From assembly GCA_037447435.1 (NCBI GenBank), contig JBBIGR010000017.1, forward strand, positions 28,985-92,984: a stretch of DNA of 64,000 nt. The letters run 5' to 3'. The notes beneath the pieces were generated by a model. It was not told the origin of the DNA and made no database searches. It saw only the letters and a program-made list of their open reading frames with translations. How positions within the stretch are numbered: the stretch's first letter is position 1; each line of letters starts with the position of its first letter. The position numbers and the translations under genes are program-made. The stretch comes from Fibrobacteria bacterium. GTDB lineage: Bacteria; Fibrobacterota; Chitinivibrionia; Chitinivibrionales; FEN-1185. Of the stretch, positions 1 through 9,558 are shown piece by piece.

Positions 1-35
1 CCGATTCCTCCCAAAAACCGCAAACGATTTTATGT

Positions 36-1646
36 TTGTATGCTATTGCTTCACGATCAATATCGAGCCCGACGTACAACGGTGTATCCATGAATTTGGA
101 TTCCTCGGGAAATTGGCTGAGCAACGGCAAAATACCGCTCTTGTTTCATGGTAACCCGGGTGAAGAATTGCTGTTGAAATTCAGAGTTATCGGTACTGGA
201 ATTTCGGATACTACCGAATTATATACATTCCCCATAAAAGGACGGCCCGATCTGCTTTTCACCGGAAACGGTCCGCGTATGATTTTCTTACATGATTCAC
301 TCTTTATTCAAGGTGAGATCCTGAATGCCGGCACTATGTCCTGTCCCGGCTTTACCATGGCTTATTATAGCGATACACTGCAATCGAAGATACTATTTTC
401 AATACCGTTCAAAGATTCTCTTGCTCCCGGAAAAAGCCGTTTGTTCGGATTTTCGATTCCCGACACGCAAGGTACCGTTGCAATATCGTTACAATTGAAT
501 CCGGAAAAAAAGTTTGATGAAATTAATTTGAGCAACAACATCGCTTCGGTTAAAAAGTCGATCGTTTTCGCTGATTTATTTGACAGCAAAGACTCCTTGT
601 TTTCATCAAATAAAGGCTTGGTGATACACCCGAATAAAAAGCTTTCATCGTCTTATAGGGTCTTCTTGTTTACCGATACCATCGGTAGTAAATTTCCTAT
701 ATCAACGGAATCCTACTGGGTTCCTCTTGAAAAGGACAGTATTAAGCAATTTTCTATCGGCACGCGGCCGTCTTTTAAGCAAAGCGACAGTTTATTGTGG
801 ACTTTTTTCAGATCCGGATTCAATACTGACTCGCAAAAAAAAACGGATGTATCGTCATCGGCAAAACTTTGTTTTTGTACGTATGATCCGCAAATAAATT
901 CGTGGAGGTTTTTTCCGAGCGTATCAGATACGCAGAAATCTAAATGTATATCTGCTTGTCAAAATTCGGGTCCCTTTGCTTTAGCGTCGCTCAGCGACAT
1001 AAAACCTCCTCAAATAAGGGCTTCAGTGTACGGCAGAGAAATTTTATTCCTTGATTATGCTGCGAAAGGCAAACCGTTTAATTTGTTTATTTCCGATCAA
1101 TCGGGCATTATTCCTTCGTCAATTACGGTTTCTCTTAACAATCAAGCGCTCGATACGTCTCTCGTTTCGAAGGTGGCATCGCAACCGGATTTAAAGGAAT
1201 TATCAATCACCGCATATCCTAAAAAAGAATATTCAATCGATTCATTGAGCGTAACCGCGCAAGATTTTGCCGGAAATTCAAACACCGCCGTATTTGCATA
1301 TATGGCCGGTGAAGATTTGACGATTAAGCATTTTTCCTGCCATCCTAATCCGTTTTCGGCTAAACAAGACAATGCCTTGCATACATTGCAAACGATTCGT
1401 TTTGCTTTTTTAATTACCGACGTTGCCAAAGACGCGTCGATAGTCATTTACACGATCGCAAACCGTGTTATTTGGAAATGGGAGAAAACAGACGGAATTA
1501 TTGGATATCAGGAAGTGCCTTGGGACGGCAAAACATCACAAGGGTATAGGATTGCGAACGGTACTTACTATGCGAAGCTTACGGTAAAAAACGATTCGAA
1601 AAAAGTTACTTCAATAATAAGAATTGCTAAACTGGAAGGATATTGA
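36..1646 (+). CDS. C-terminal part of a large secreted protein with a CARDB-like Ig domain and a C-terminal FlgD-Ig-like domain (probably 5'-truncated by the window)
   Basis: CARDB-like motif (GEILNAGT...SLAPGKS...LNPEKKFDEINLSNN). C-terminal HPNPF...IYT...WDGKTSQG...NGTYY signature. No signal peptide at the listed start, so the gene likely begins upstream of the window. Confidence 0.6.
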   Translation: MYAIASRSISSPTYNGVSMNLDSSGNWLSNGKIPLLFHGNPGEELLLKFRVIGTGISDTTELYTFPIKGRPDLLFTGNGPRMIFLHDSLFIQGEILNAGTMSCPGFTMAYYSDTLQSKILFSIPFKDSLAPGKSRLFGFSIPDTQGTVAISLQLNPEKKFDEINLSNNIASVKKSIVFADLFDSKDSLFSSNKGLVIHPNKKLSSSYRVFLFTDTIGSKFPISTESYWVPLEKDSIKQFSIGTRPSFKQSDSLLWTFFRSGFNTDSQKKTDVSSSAKLCFCTYDPQINSWRFFPSVSDTQKSKCISACQNSGPFALASLSDIKPPQIRASVYGREILFLDYAAKGKPFNLFISDQSGIIPSSITVSLNNQALDTSLVSKVASQPDLKELSITAYPKKEYSIDSLSVTAQDFAGNSNTAVFAYMAGEDLTIKHFSCHPNPFSAKQDNALHTLQTIRFAFLITDVAKDASIVIYTIANRVIWKWEKTDGIIGYQEVPWDGKTSQGYRIANGTYYAKLTVKNDSKKVTSIIRIAKLEGY

Positions 1647-2389
1647 TGTCTATTTTATACGTTGTCGCCACACCGATCGGCAATCTGGACGATATCGGAA
1701 TAAGGGCAAAAAGAATTCTATCGGAAGTGGACACCGTCCTTGCCGAAGATACCAGGCAATCCAAAATCCTTCTTACTCATATCGGTGCGACACCTAAAAA
1801 TTTGATTGCATATCATGATTTTAACAAAGAAAAAATCACTCCCCGCCTCATTGATTCTCTTAAATCCGGCATCGACATGGCCATTATCTGCGATGCCGGA
1901 ACACCGGGTATTGCCGATGAAGCCTTCTATCTTGTAAGGCAAGCCATTCGTGAAAATATTCGGGTGGTGCCGATCCCGGGTGCTTGTGCCTTTATTACTG
2001 CGTTGATAGCAAGCGGCCTTCCGACCGATCGCTTTATTTTTGAAAATTTTCTTCCAGTCAAAAGCGCACGACGTATTCGATTTTTTGAATCGATTAAAAA
2101 TGAACCTCGAACCGTAATTTTTTACGAATCTCCCTATAGAATCGTCAAAGTATTAGAAGAAATGAAAACCACGCTCGGTGACGTATCGATGGCGATTGGC
2201 AGGGAAATTTCCAAAATCCATGAGGAGTTTCTCCGCGGAACGCCGCAAGCGCTTCTCGCTCACTTCTTAAAGACGAAACCTCGCGGAGAATTTGTGTTAC
2301 TGGTAAACACCAGGATTTCTCCGGAGCAATATGCAATGGGCGAAACCGTGGACTCGAATTCCGAATCCGATGAAAACAATGAAGTTTGA
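1646..2389 (+). CDS. rsmI: 16S rRNA (cytidine1402-2'-O)-methyltransferase
   Basis: LYVVATPIGNLDDI, AEDTR, DAGTPGIAD, PIPGA, FYESPYR, REISKIHEE motifs. ATG 1646 overlaps the upstream TGA (TGATG). Confidence 0.95.
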   Translation: MSILYVVATPIGNLDDIGIRAKRILSEVDTVLAEDTRQSKILLTHIGATPKNLIAYHDFNKEKITPRLIDSLKSGIDMAIICDAGTPGIADEAFYLVRQAIRENIRVVPIPGACAFITALIASGLPTDRFIFENFLPVKSARRIRFFESIKNEPRTVIFYESPYRIVKVLEEMKTTLGDVSMAIGREISKIHEEFLRGTPQALLAHFLKTKPRGEFVLLVNTRISPEQYAMGETVDSNSESDENNEV

Positions 2390-2451
2390 AATCAGATTAT
2401 GATTTTATGGATAACATGAAAATGCGTTACGCTATGTCAAAATACGGGAAG

Positions 2452-3408
2452 CTATTCGAGGTACTTCGTATAGGTAAGCCGTAATTTTTCCAAAATCTGC
2501 CGTAAGTCGACAGGAATTGGTGCCGCAATCGTTTGCGCCTCGTTTGTAAAAGGATGAATAAAATCCAATTGTTCGCAATGTAATGCCTGCCGGGGAAATT
2601 CGAGCATTGCATTGCTCTTTTGCGGGTCGGCTCTCCATTGCAAATATGCCTGCTCGTTCATGCCGTAAAGCTTATCGCCGAATATTGGACAACCGAATGA
2701 AAGGCTGTGGATCCGGATTTGATGAGTGCGTCCGGTAACGGGAAAAGCCCTTAACAACGCATAATTTACGTTTTTATCTATAACGCTAAATGATGTAGAA
2801 GCCGGCTTGCCGGCAGAGGCATCGATTCGAAACTTATAATGTATCTCCGAAGAAGTATCCTGACCTATAGGTAAATCGACCGTGAAATTATCTTGGGGCG
2901 GACAGTTTTTTACTATAGCGCAATATCGTTTTTCGACCTTATGGGCGGCAAAAAGTGCATGAAACCGCTTTAAGCAATCGGTCGATTTGGAAAACAAAAC
3001 AATACCCGATGTTTCTCGGTCTAACCTATTGATGGAATCCAATGAAGCATAAGCCGGATTATTTGAGCAATGACGTAATAAATAAACCAGATTTTTCGTA
3101 ATTGACGATCCGGATTTGTGTACCAAAAGGTTGCCCGGTTTGTCTATTGCAACAATCCATTCATCCTCATATATGACTTTATAATTGCAATCTGCTTCCG
3201 GCTCGGGGATATTTTCGACGAAATAGGAAATAATGTCCCCGTTTTTAAGTATTGCTTCGGGAATAACTTCCTTGTCATTTAACAAAATTTGGCGATCGGA
3301 AATCCGTTCCATCCATTGTAATTTTGAAAGATACGTAAATCGTGTAGAAAGAAAATCGATGAGAAGTGTATTGTGAGATGATTGATACACTCGTGAAGTA
3401 AGTTTCAT
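2452..3408 (-). CDS. RluA-family pseudouridine synthase with N-terminal S4-like region
   Basis: IDKPGNLLVH, NRLDRETSG (catalytic Asp), TGRTHQIRIH, GDKLYG, RQALH. Confidence 0.92.
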   Translation of the reverse strand: MKLTSRVYQSSHNTLLIDFLSTRFTYLSKLQWMERISDRQILLNDKEVIPEAILKNGDIISYFVENIPEPEADCNYKVIYEDEWIVAIDKPGNLLVHKSGSSITKNLVYLLRHCSNNPAYASLDSINRLDRETSGIVLFSKSTDCLKRFHALFAAHKVEKRYCAIVKNCPPQDNFTVDLPIGQDTSSEIHYKFRIDASAGKPASTSFSVIDKNVNYALLRAFPVTGRTHQIRIHSLSFGCPIFGDKLYGMNEQAYLQWRADPQKSNAMLEFPRQALHCEQLDFIHPFTNEAQTIAAPIPVDLRQILEKLRLTYTKYLE

Positions 3409-4340
3409 ATTTCATTGATATATAAAGGCTTATATCCTTTGACCGGATTGTTAAAATAATTAATGATAATTATCTCGGTCATTTTATTTCTATCGATATT
3501 AACAATCAATCGGTCGATATATTCTCTTGCGATATAAAAACCTCTTCCGTGAGTGTCATAGACGCCTAACGGTACGCCGGAGTCGTCTCGTGAAACTTGG
3601 CGGTTCAGCCAATAGAGTACATCGGATTTTTTTAATCTGCCCCCCCGGTCCATTACCGAGACGCCGAATTTCTCCTGATCTGCCACAACGGTAACTTCTA
3701 TGGCTTCGGCATCCGAAAGTTCAAAATTATAATTCCATTTCTCTTTATCTTCGGCAGATTCTTTCCTGATACCGTAAAAAACAGCGTTTGCGAGAAGTTC
3801 TATTAAAACCAATTCAACTCTTTTTGCATTGCGGACCAGGTTTATCGATGAAATGATATCATTGGCATTCGTGTCGAGCGAATCGCCTCTTTTAATTAAA
3901 AACGATTTTTGAATCGTCGGATGATCAAAATGTTTCTGAATCCCGAAGATATCGTTAGTTAAAAGGTTCGAAAGTATTGTCGAAAGTTCGATAAAATTAA
4001 AGGGCGTTGATTTGACGAATATGTTTCCGACATCGTGTTTTAATGCGAGATCCAAATAATCCTCGACATTGTATGCCGTAATGAGAACTCGTTTAGTGAG
4101 AGGATATTTTTCGCGGACGATGCGGAGTAATTCAAAACCCTTCATTTTTGGCATATTGATATCGGACAATACCAAGTCTATAGGCCTGTTTTCAAAATGC
4201 TGTTCGAGCGCATCAACGCCGTTTTGCGCGGAAATTACGGAGTATCCTTCTTCGTCAAGATAATCGACAATCATTTCCCGCATTTCGGTTTCATCATCGA
4301 CGACCAAAATACAGATGTCTTTTTTTTCTTTACAGCTCAT
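3405..4340 (-). CDS. Response regulator receiver fused to an RsbW/SpoIIAB-like HATPase domain
   Basis: REC: ILVVDDE, LSDINMP, LITA. C-terminal ELLANAVFYG (N box), MDRGG, HGRGFYI (G2-like). No HisKA domain. Confidence 0.75.
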   Translation of the reverse strand: MSCKEKKDICILVVDDETEMREMIVDYLDEEGYSVISAQNGVDALEQHFENRPIDLVLSDINMPKMKGFELLRIVREKYPLTKRVLITAYNVEDYLDLALKHDVGNIFVKSTPFNFIELSTILSNLLTNDIFGIQKHFDHPTIQKSFLIKRGDSLDTNANDIISSINLVRNAKRVELVLIELLANAVFYGIRKESAEDKEKWNYNFELSDAEAIEVTVVADQEKFGVSVMDRGGRLKKSDVLYWLNRQVSRDDSGVPLGVYDTHGRGFYIAREYIDRLIVNIDRNKMTEIIIINYFNNPVKGYKPLYINEI

Positions 4341-4355
4341 ATTATTTTCAATTTC

Positions 4356-6542
4356 ATGCGACTGGTAACCGGAATACAGAAATACTTTCCGCGTTTCTTT
4401 GAATGGCTACAATTTCCATCATTTTGCGGATGGCTGTCTTTTTGTTCCGGCATAGTTTTACAGCAAATATGCACCATACCGTTATTTAACGTACCGATAT
4501 TTTATAATGAAGCTATTGTTTTTTCAATCATTTTTTTCGGTATTTGCGCACTTTTTATTCGGCCTATAGCGCTCAAATGTTTACTTCTGGTTATTGCCGG
4601 ATATGTATGCATGACGATGTCGTGGAATGAACAAAAAAAGGTGTATCACGATGCGAGCGTTAAAATAAAAAATTGCCCCACTTCCATTTTGACCGGGACA
4701 ATTGTATCGCAACAGACAATGTTTTCGAACGGAAAATATGTTTATTTGGTAAAAACGGATTCTTTAAACGGATCTTTTGGAGCGGTATTCAAAAATAAGA
4801 ATTTACTTTTTTATACTATCAAAAACATCCCCTTTAGATCCAGCATCAAGGCAAACGGCAAATTTTCCATACCCATTCCCAAACAAAACCCAGGCGCATA
4901 TGATGATTATTTGAATTGTATTTCGAACGATATCTGGGGACGCTTCTTCGCCGATTCCATCGAATATATGACCGGAAAAACGACATTTTCGGACAAAATA
5001 CGTTTTTTCATTTCCGCAACCCTTACAAAAGCATGTTCTCATTTTAAAAACAATGAATATAAAGGGATTATTATAGCGTCGCTGGTTAATGATAAAAGTG
5101 AATTATCCGATGATATGAAACAGCTTTTTTTTAAAGCAGGAATCTATCATTTACTGGCTCTTTCCGGCTTTAATGTGGCAATTTTTGCTGCAATGCTCCT
5201 GTTTTTCTTATCGTTTTTTCCTATTAACAGATTGATAAAGACGCTTATTATCATTGGATTTATATGGTCATTTTACGGTTTTATCGGGTCGCTACCATCT
5301 CTTTTTCGAGCAGTTGTCATGACCACAATCGTTTTAGCAGCATATTTATTTCAGCGAAAGCCCTACGCTTTGAATTCATTGGGACTTGCCGGAATGATTT
5401 GGTTGCTTTTTTCGCCATTATCTTTATATACCGTGAGCTATCAATTGTCCTTCTGCGCGACTTTCGGGCTTATTTCATTGTTTCCGGTTTTACAGGAACA
5501 TTTTTCCTTGAAACACAATTCTTTTTTGACGTCCAGGGTATTAAACCCGCTTATTTCAGTTTCCCTTGTTTCCATTTCCGCATTTATTGCCACTGTACCG
5601 GTACTTTGCTATCATTTCGGAACAATTTCCTTTGCAGGAATTATTGCTAATTTATTTTCAGTTTGGTTAATGTCTATGGCGATGATTTGCGCGATTGCCG
5701 GTTTCATTTTTCAAATAATTATGCCCTTTTTGACCGGTGCATGCATGGGATTTTCGGAATTGCTTATTGCATTAATGATTTATCTATGCTCAATCGTAGA
5801 AGTTTTCCCTTTTGCAATTATACAATCACCTCATTTTCATCCAACGATATATATAGTTTTTTCAGTATTTATTATTTTTATTTGCGTTATAAAAGTTTCA
5901 AAAATAAAGGCAACTATTTTTATCGGATTATTTGCGGTCATTATTATTTCAACGGCAATCTTTTTTGTAGACAAGCATTTTTCTCAGCCGACAATTACAG
6001 CGTTTTATGTAAAAAATGACAATCTTTGGGGAATTCGTTGGCCCGATAATAGCCTCAGTATTGCCGGGTATAGTTCGGAACGCCAAAGAAATTCTACTTT
6101 CAACATGATTATAACCCCATGGATCAATACGAATTACAATAATTGTCTCTCCTCCGTCCTTTTATCGAATTCTCCCTGCAATTCAATTCATTTTCTAGAG
6201 CCAATGTTAAAAGGAGCTCATGTAAAAACGATATACGCATTGCCTCAGGAGAAAAAATGCGGTTATTTTCAATGCTTCCTGAATGAGTATAAAGCGGATT
6301 TAATTACCGTAAGTCCAAATGACGTTGTGCCGGTCGGTTCGCATGCTTCATTTTCATTTTTAGGCGGAAACACTGTTTTTGTTAAAACAGGAATTAACAA
6401 TCTCGTTCAGATTTTTGAGGACTCTGCTCATACTCCAACAGCAAAAACAGGGGCGATTATCTATTCTTTTCAAAAAAACAGCCCGATTCGACCAAGGCAA
6501 TTTGTAAGTCAACAACATCCGGCTTATGGATTCCTTGAATAA
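4356..6542 (+). CDS. comEC: ComEC/Rec2 competence membrane protein
   Basis: NPGAYD, AGIYHLLALSGFNV, PSLFRA, SYQLSF, ANL motifs and many TM segments. Start moved from 4197 to ATG 4356 to avoid overlap with the divergent gene. Confidence 0.9.
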   Translation: MRLVTGIQKYFPRFFEWLQFPSFCGWLSFCSGIVLQQICTIPLFNVPIFYNEAIVFSIIFFGICALFIRPIALKCLLLVIAGYVCMTMSWNEQKKVYHDASVKIKNCPTSILTGTIVSQQTMFSNGKYVYLVKTDSLNGSFGAVFKNKNLLFYTIKNIPFRSSIKANGKFSIPIPKQNPGAYDDYLNCISNDIWGRFFADSIEYMTGKTTFSDKIRFFISATLTKACSHFKNNEYKGIIIASLVNDKSELSDDMKQLFFKAGIYHLLALSGFNVAIFAAMLLFFLSFFPINRLIKTLIIIGFIWSFYGFIGSLPSLFRAVVMTTIVLAAYLFQRKPYALNSLGLAGMIWLLFSPLSLYTVSYQLSFCATFGLISLFPVLQEHFSLKHNSFLTSRVLNPLISVSLVSISAFIATVPVLCYHFGTISFAGIIANLFSVWLMSMAMICAIAGFIFQIIMPFLTGACMGFSELLIALMIYLCSIVEVFPFAIIQSPHFHPTIYIVFSVFIIFICVIKVSKIKATIFIGLFAVIIISTAIFFVDKHFSQPTITAFYVKNDNLWGIRWPDNSLSIAGYSSERQRNSTFNMIITPWINTNYNNCLSSVLLSNSPCNSIHFLEPMLKGAHVKTIYALPQEKKCGYFQCFLNEYKADLITVSPNDVVPVGSHASFSFLGGNTVFVKTGINNLVQIFEDSAHTPTAKTGAIIYSFQKNSPIRPRQFVSQQHPAYGFLE

Positions 6543-6607
6543 GATGTATATTTGAAAACCCTGCCAGCCGGGCTGAATGCGCATATCTTTAAGGAGAAAA
6601 GTATACT

Positions 6608-7774
6608 ATGATACCGATTGATTTTAAACGCGACATATCCTCAATACTTATAACATGCCCCAAAGGTCTTGCCCGGTATTTGGAAAATGAGGTCCTGGAT
6701 CTCAAAATGAGTATCGTCAGATCATTACCGAGTGCCGTATTGACAACCGGGACAATTTTCGACTGCATGAAATTGAACCTCAGTCTCTTCACGGCACATC
6801 ACGTTTTATACAAAGTGCATGAATGCATTGCCCGCAATCCGGACGAAATGTATTCCGCAATTAAATCGTTGGCATGGGAAAAGATTATCCCGCTGGATGA
6901 AATCCTCTGCATCACCTCAACCGTAAAAACGCCATCAATCAAAGATTCTCGTTTTGCAAATCTGAGATGCAAAGATGCAATCGTCGACAGGTTGGCGGAA
7001 AAAACCGGCAAACGATGCAACAGCGGACCCTCCCGTGAAGGTTTTGTCGTCCATTTGTATTGGCAAGATGAACGATGCATGGTTTATTTGGACACCTCCG
7101 GCGAAACTTTGTCCCGCAGAGGGTATAGAAAAAATCCGGGTGAAGCCCCAATGCAGGAAACCCTGGCAGCCGGTGTAGTGCGGGCCACCGATTGGCAAGG
7201 AAATAAAGACCATTTTGTCAACCCGATGTGCGGCAGCGGTACATTGGCAATCGAGGCGGCGCTTTTTTCATTGCGAAAAAAAGCGGGAATGCTTCGTTCG
7301 AATTTCGGATTCATGCATTATTTGCCTTTTGCAAAAGAAGAATTTACCGCATTAAAAGAGGAATATAAGTCTAAGGAAATTTCAAAACTTGAACATAAAA
7401 TCATCGCTACCGATATAAGTGCTGCGGCACTTTCCGCTGCACGGGAAAACAGCCGTTGCGCGGGTGTCGAACAATTTATTGATTTTAAGCAATGCGATAT
7501 CTCCGACACATCCGTACCCCAGGGAAAAGGGATCGTGGTTGTTAATCCCGAATATGGTATTCGAATGGGAACCGTCGAAGAATTGCAAGCCGTGTATAAA
7601 AGAATCGGCGACTTTTTCAAACAAAAATGTTCAGGGTACAATGGTTTTGTTTTTACTGGCAATTTTGATCTAATTAAAAAAATCGGCTTAAAATCAAAAC
7701 GAAGAATACAATTTCTAAGTGCAAAACTTGAATGTAAATTGTATGAATATGAACTTTATTCAGGTAGTCGATGA
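6608..7774 (+). CDS. THUMP-domain class I SAM-dependent RNA methyltransferase (RlmL/YpsC-like)
   Basis: DTSGETLSRRGYR, APMQETLAA, NPMCGSGTLAIEAA, NPEYG. Confidence 0.9.
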   Translation: MIPIDFKRDISSILITCPKGLARYLENEVLDLKMSIVRSLPSAVLTTGTIFDCMKLNLSLFTAHHVLYKVHECIARNPDEMYSAIKSLAWEKIIPLDEILCITSTVKTPSIKDSRFANLRCKDAIVDRLAEKTGKRCNSGPSREGFVVHLYWQDERCMVYLDTSGETLSRRGYRKNPGEAPMQETLAAGVVRATDWQGNKDHFVNPMCGSGTLAIEAALFSLRKKAGMLRSNFGFMHYLPFAKEEFTALKEEYKSKEISKLEHKIIATDISAAALSAARENSRCAGVEQFIDFKQCDISDTSVPQGKGIVVVNPEYGIRMGTVEELQAVYKRIGDFFKQKCSGYNGFVFTGNFDLIKKIGLKSKRRIQFLSAKLECKLYEYELYSGSR

Positions 7775-7889
7775 TTTTTCTGGCAGATTAATGCCGTTTT
7801 TATTAGATTTTACCCATGATATTGAAAATAAATAAATTGTTTATTTTTAAAATGCCGGAATAAGTATCCCTTTTCAAAAAAGAGGTCTT

Positions 7890-8252
7890 ATGGAGCAAAT
7901 TCCAACAAAAATTTCCACGGAAACATGGCAAAACTGGTCGATAGTTGCAATTGAAGGCAAATTTGTCATTAAAAATATTACTGAAATCAGAAAAGTCCTT
8001 GAGCCTTTAAAAGACAAGGAAAAGCCGCATATTGCTTTGGACTTCAGTAAAACATCCCATCTTGACTCGAGCGCAATGACTTTGATGCTTAATTTCCAAA
8101 GCCGGCTGAAAGATCAGGACGGCGTTATGGTTGTTTTTAATGCAAACGACGATATTACCGGAATAATTACCATTGTCGGATTCGATTCATTCGTTCCTAT
8201 TTTCAGAACAAGAGAAGATTTCGAACGCAACGCGGCGGCAAATAAAATTTGA
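7890..8252 (+). CDS. STAS-domain anti-sigma factor antagonist
   Basis: LDFSKTSHLDSSAM motif (conserved phospho-Ser), about 120 aa, GAGG RBS. Confidence 0.85.
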   Translation: MEQIPTKISTETWQNWSIVAIEGKFVIKNITEIRKVLEPLKDKEKPHIALDFSKTSHLDSSAMTLMLNFQSRLKDQDGVMVVFNANDDITGIITIVGFDSFVPIFRTREDFERNAAANKI

Positions 8253-9490
8253 AAAAACCGAATCATGTACATAAAAAATTAAAGTTTTTTTTAAGTGCAC
8301 CGAGTCTTACGTTTCTATTTTTATTTGTTTTCTGCCAGAATAAAATTGCAATGCCGCCTCAATGCGGTGCATTATATGGGAATTGGTTTGTAAATCCGAC
8401 AAAATCAGCATTTGATTCTTTATGTGCCATTAACGATTTCGCCAATAAAAAAGATTCTATAGCATTATACGGCAAAAAGATTTTTTTCGGTAAAGCAGGA
8501 CAGTGCACGACAATCCTCTGCGATTCCTTTGGTTCGATATATTCCCTTGGATTTAAAACCCCCAAAGCTTTCACCAAAGACTCACTATATCCTCTTGTCA
8601 TATATTTGCATGGTGGAACAGGGACCATAAAGAATACAAAGGGTGAATTCGCCTGGGACATGCTTTCCGGTTTGCAGGACTCGATGCCTGTTTTTTTAGC
8701 AAGTCCTTCCGCAAACAGAAATGCACCCTGGTGGAGCAACGAAGGCATTTCAAGGATTCTGCAGACTATCCGGTTTATGAATCTTCACTACCCCATCGAC
8801 ACTAAAAGAATCTTTCTGGCTGGTGTTTCTGACGGTGCCACAGGCTGTTATGCAGCCTCCAACACTATCATATCACCTTTCGCAGGTTTCGTAGCTATAT
8901 CGGGCTTCGGTGGCATGCTGTTTCAAATGGGCATGAATGTGTATCCGCAAAATATCATGCAGCGACCAATTTTAAACATAAATGCTGGTCAAGACCAGAT
9001 TTATCCGATCGAGGAAGTAACTAAATTTTGCGATTGGCTTACGAGAAATGGAGTTTTTGTCGAACAAAAGGTATATGCGGATGAAAAACACGGCTTTGAT
9101 TACAGGGCAAAGGAAATCGGCCATCTGGTTCACTTATTTAGGACGTGGAAAAATCCTTCCGGGCAAAAATCGATTAACTGGATTTTCTCAAAAAAGTTTC
9201 CTAATCTGCCCCAAAACATAATTCAATTCGATTATTCGTCGGATTCTTCGGAGCCGAATATTAACGGTTATTGGAGAGACGATACATTGTTTATAAACGG
9301 CACTGGTCTGAAATCGGTAACAGTTGCTTTTGAGGATGTACATGCAAAAGAAATTTTTGTTTCAATTAATAAAGCATCTATACGTAAAATTCACGCTTTA
9401 CAAGTTAATGCGGAACTATTATTAAATATCGCTCTTAATAATTTAAACCCTTCCCCTCGCCAATCGACAGCATACAAGATAATTTTTTAA
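8249..9490 (+). CDS. Exported alpha/beta-hydrolase (esterase/peptidase family)
   Basis: YPLVIYLHGG oxyanion region, nucleophile elbow GVSDG, GQD and HGF triad residues, N-terminal hydrophobic segment. Confidence 0.75.
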   Translation: MKKPNHVHKKLKFFLSAPSLTFLFLFVFCQNKIAMPPQCGALYGNWFVNPTKSAFDSLCAINDFANKKDSIALYGKKIFFGKAGQCTTILCDSFGSIYSLGFKTPKAFTKDSLYPLVIYLHGGTGTIKNTKGEFAWDMLSGLQDSMPVFLASPSANRNAPWWSNEGISRILQTIRFMNLHYPIDTKRIFLAGVSDGATGCYAASNTIISPFAGFVAISGFGGMLFQMGMNVYPQNIMQRPILNINAGQDQIYPIEEVTKFCDWLTRNGVFVEQKVYADEKHGFDYRAKEIGHLVHLFRTWKNPSGQKSINWIFSKKFPNLPQNIIQFDYSSDSSEPNINGYWRDDTLFINGTGLKSVTVAFEDVHAKEIFVSINKASIRKIHALQVNAELLLNIALNNLNPSPRQSTAYKIIF

Positions 9491-9512
9491 ACTCTGCTTC
9501 CGGCGCATATCA

Positions 9513-9543
9513 TTCCCCTTTCCTATTTTCGGGCGAAGGGGAA
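9513..9543. terminator. Probable hairpin terminator between convergent genes
   Basis: TTCCCCTT (9513-9520) pairs with AAGGGGAA (9536-9543). Confidence 0.45.
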
Positions 9544-9558
9544 ATTATGTACGTTAAT

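Noticed and set aside
4197..4355. Upstream-extended starts in the ORF track (also 11874, 18999, 24471, 31686, 34110, 53375, 58239, 59857, 62198, 63174)
   Set aside because: They overlap neighbouring genes or promoters, or precede a better-supported start (RBS, signal peptide or domain boundary), so downstream starts were used.
7781..7795. sigma54-like box TGGCAGATTAATGCC upstream of the STAS gene
   Set aside because: GG-to-GC spacing is 9 nt, not the required 10.
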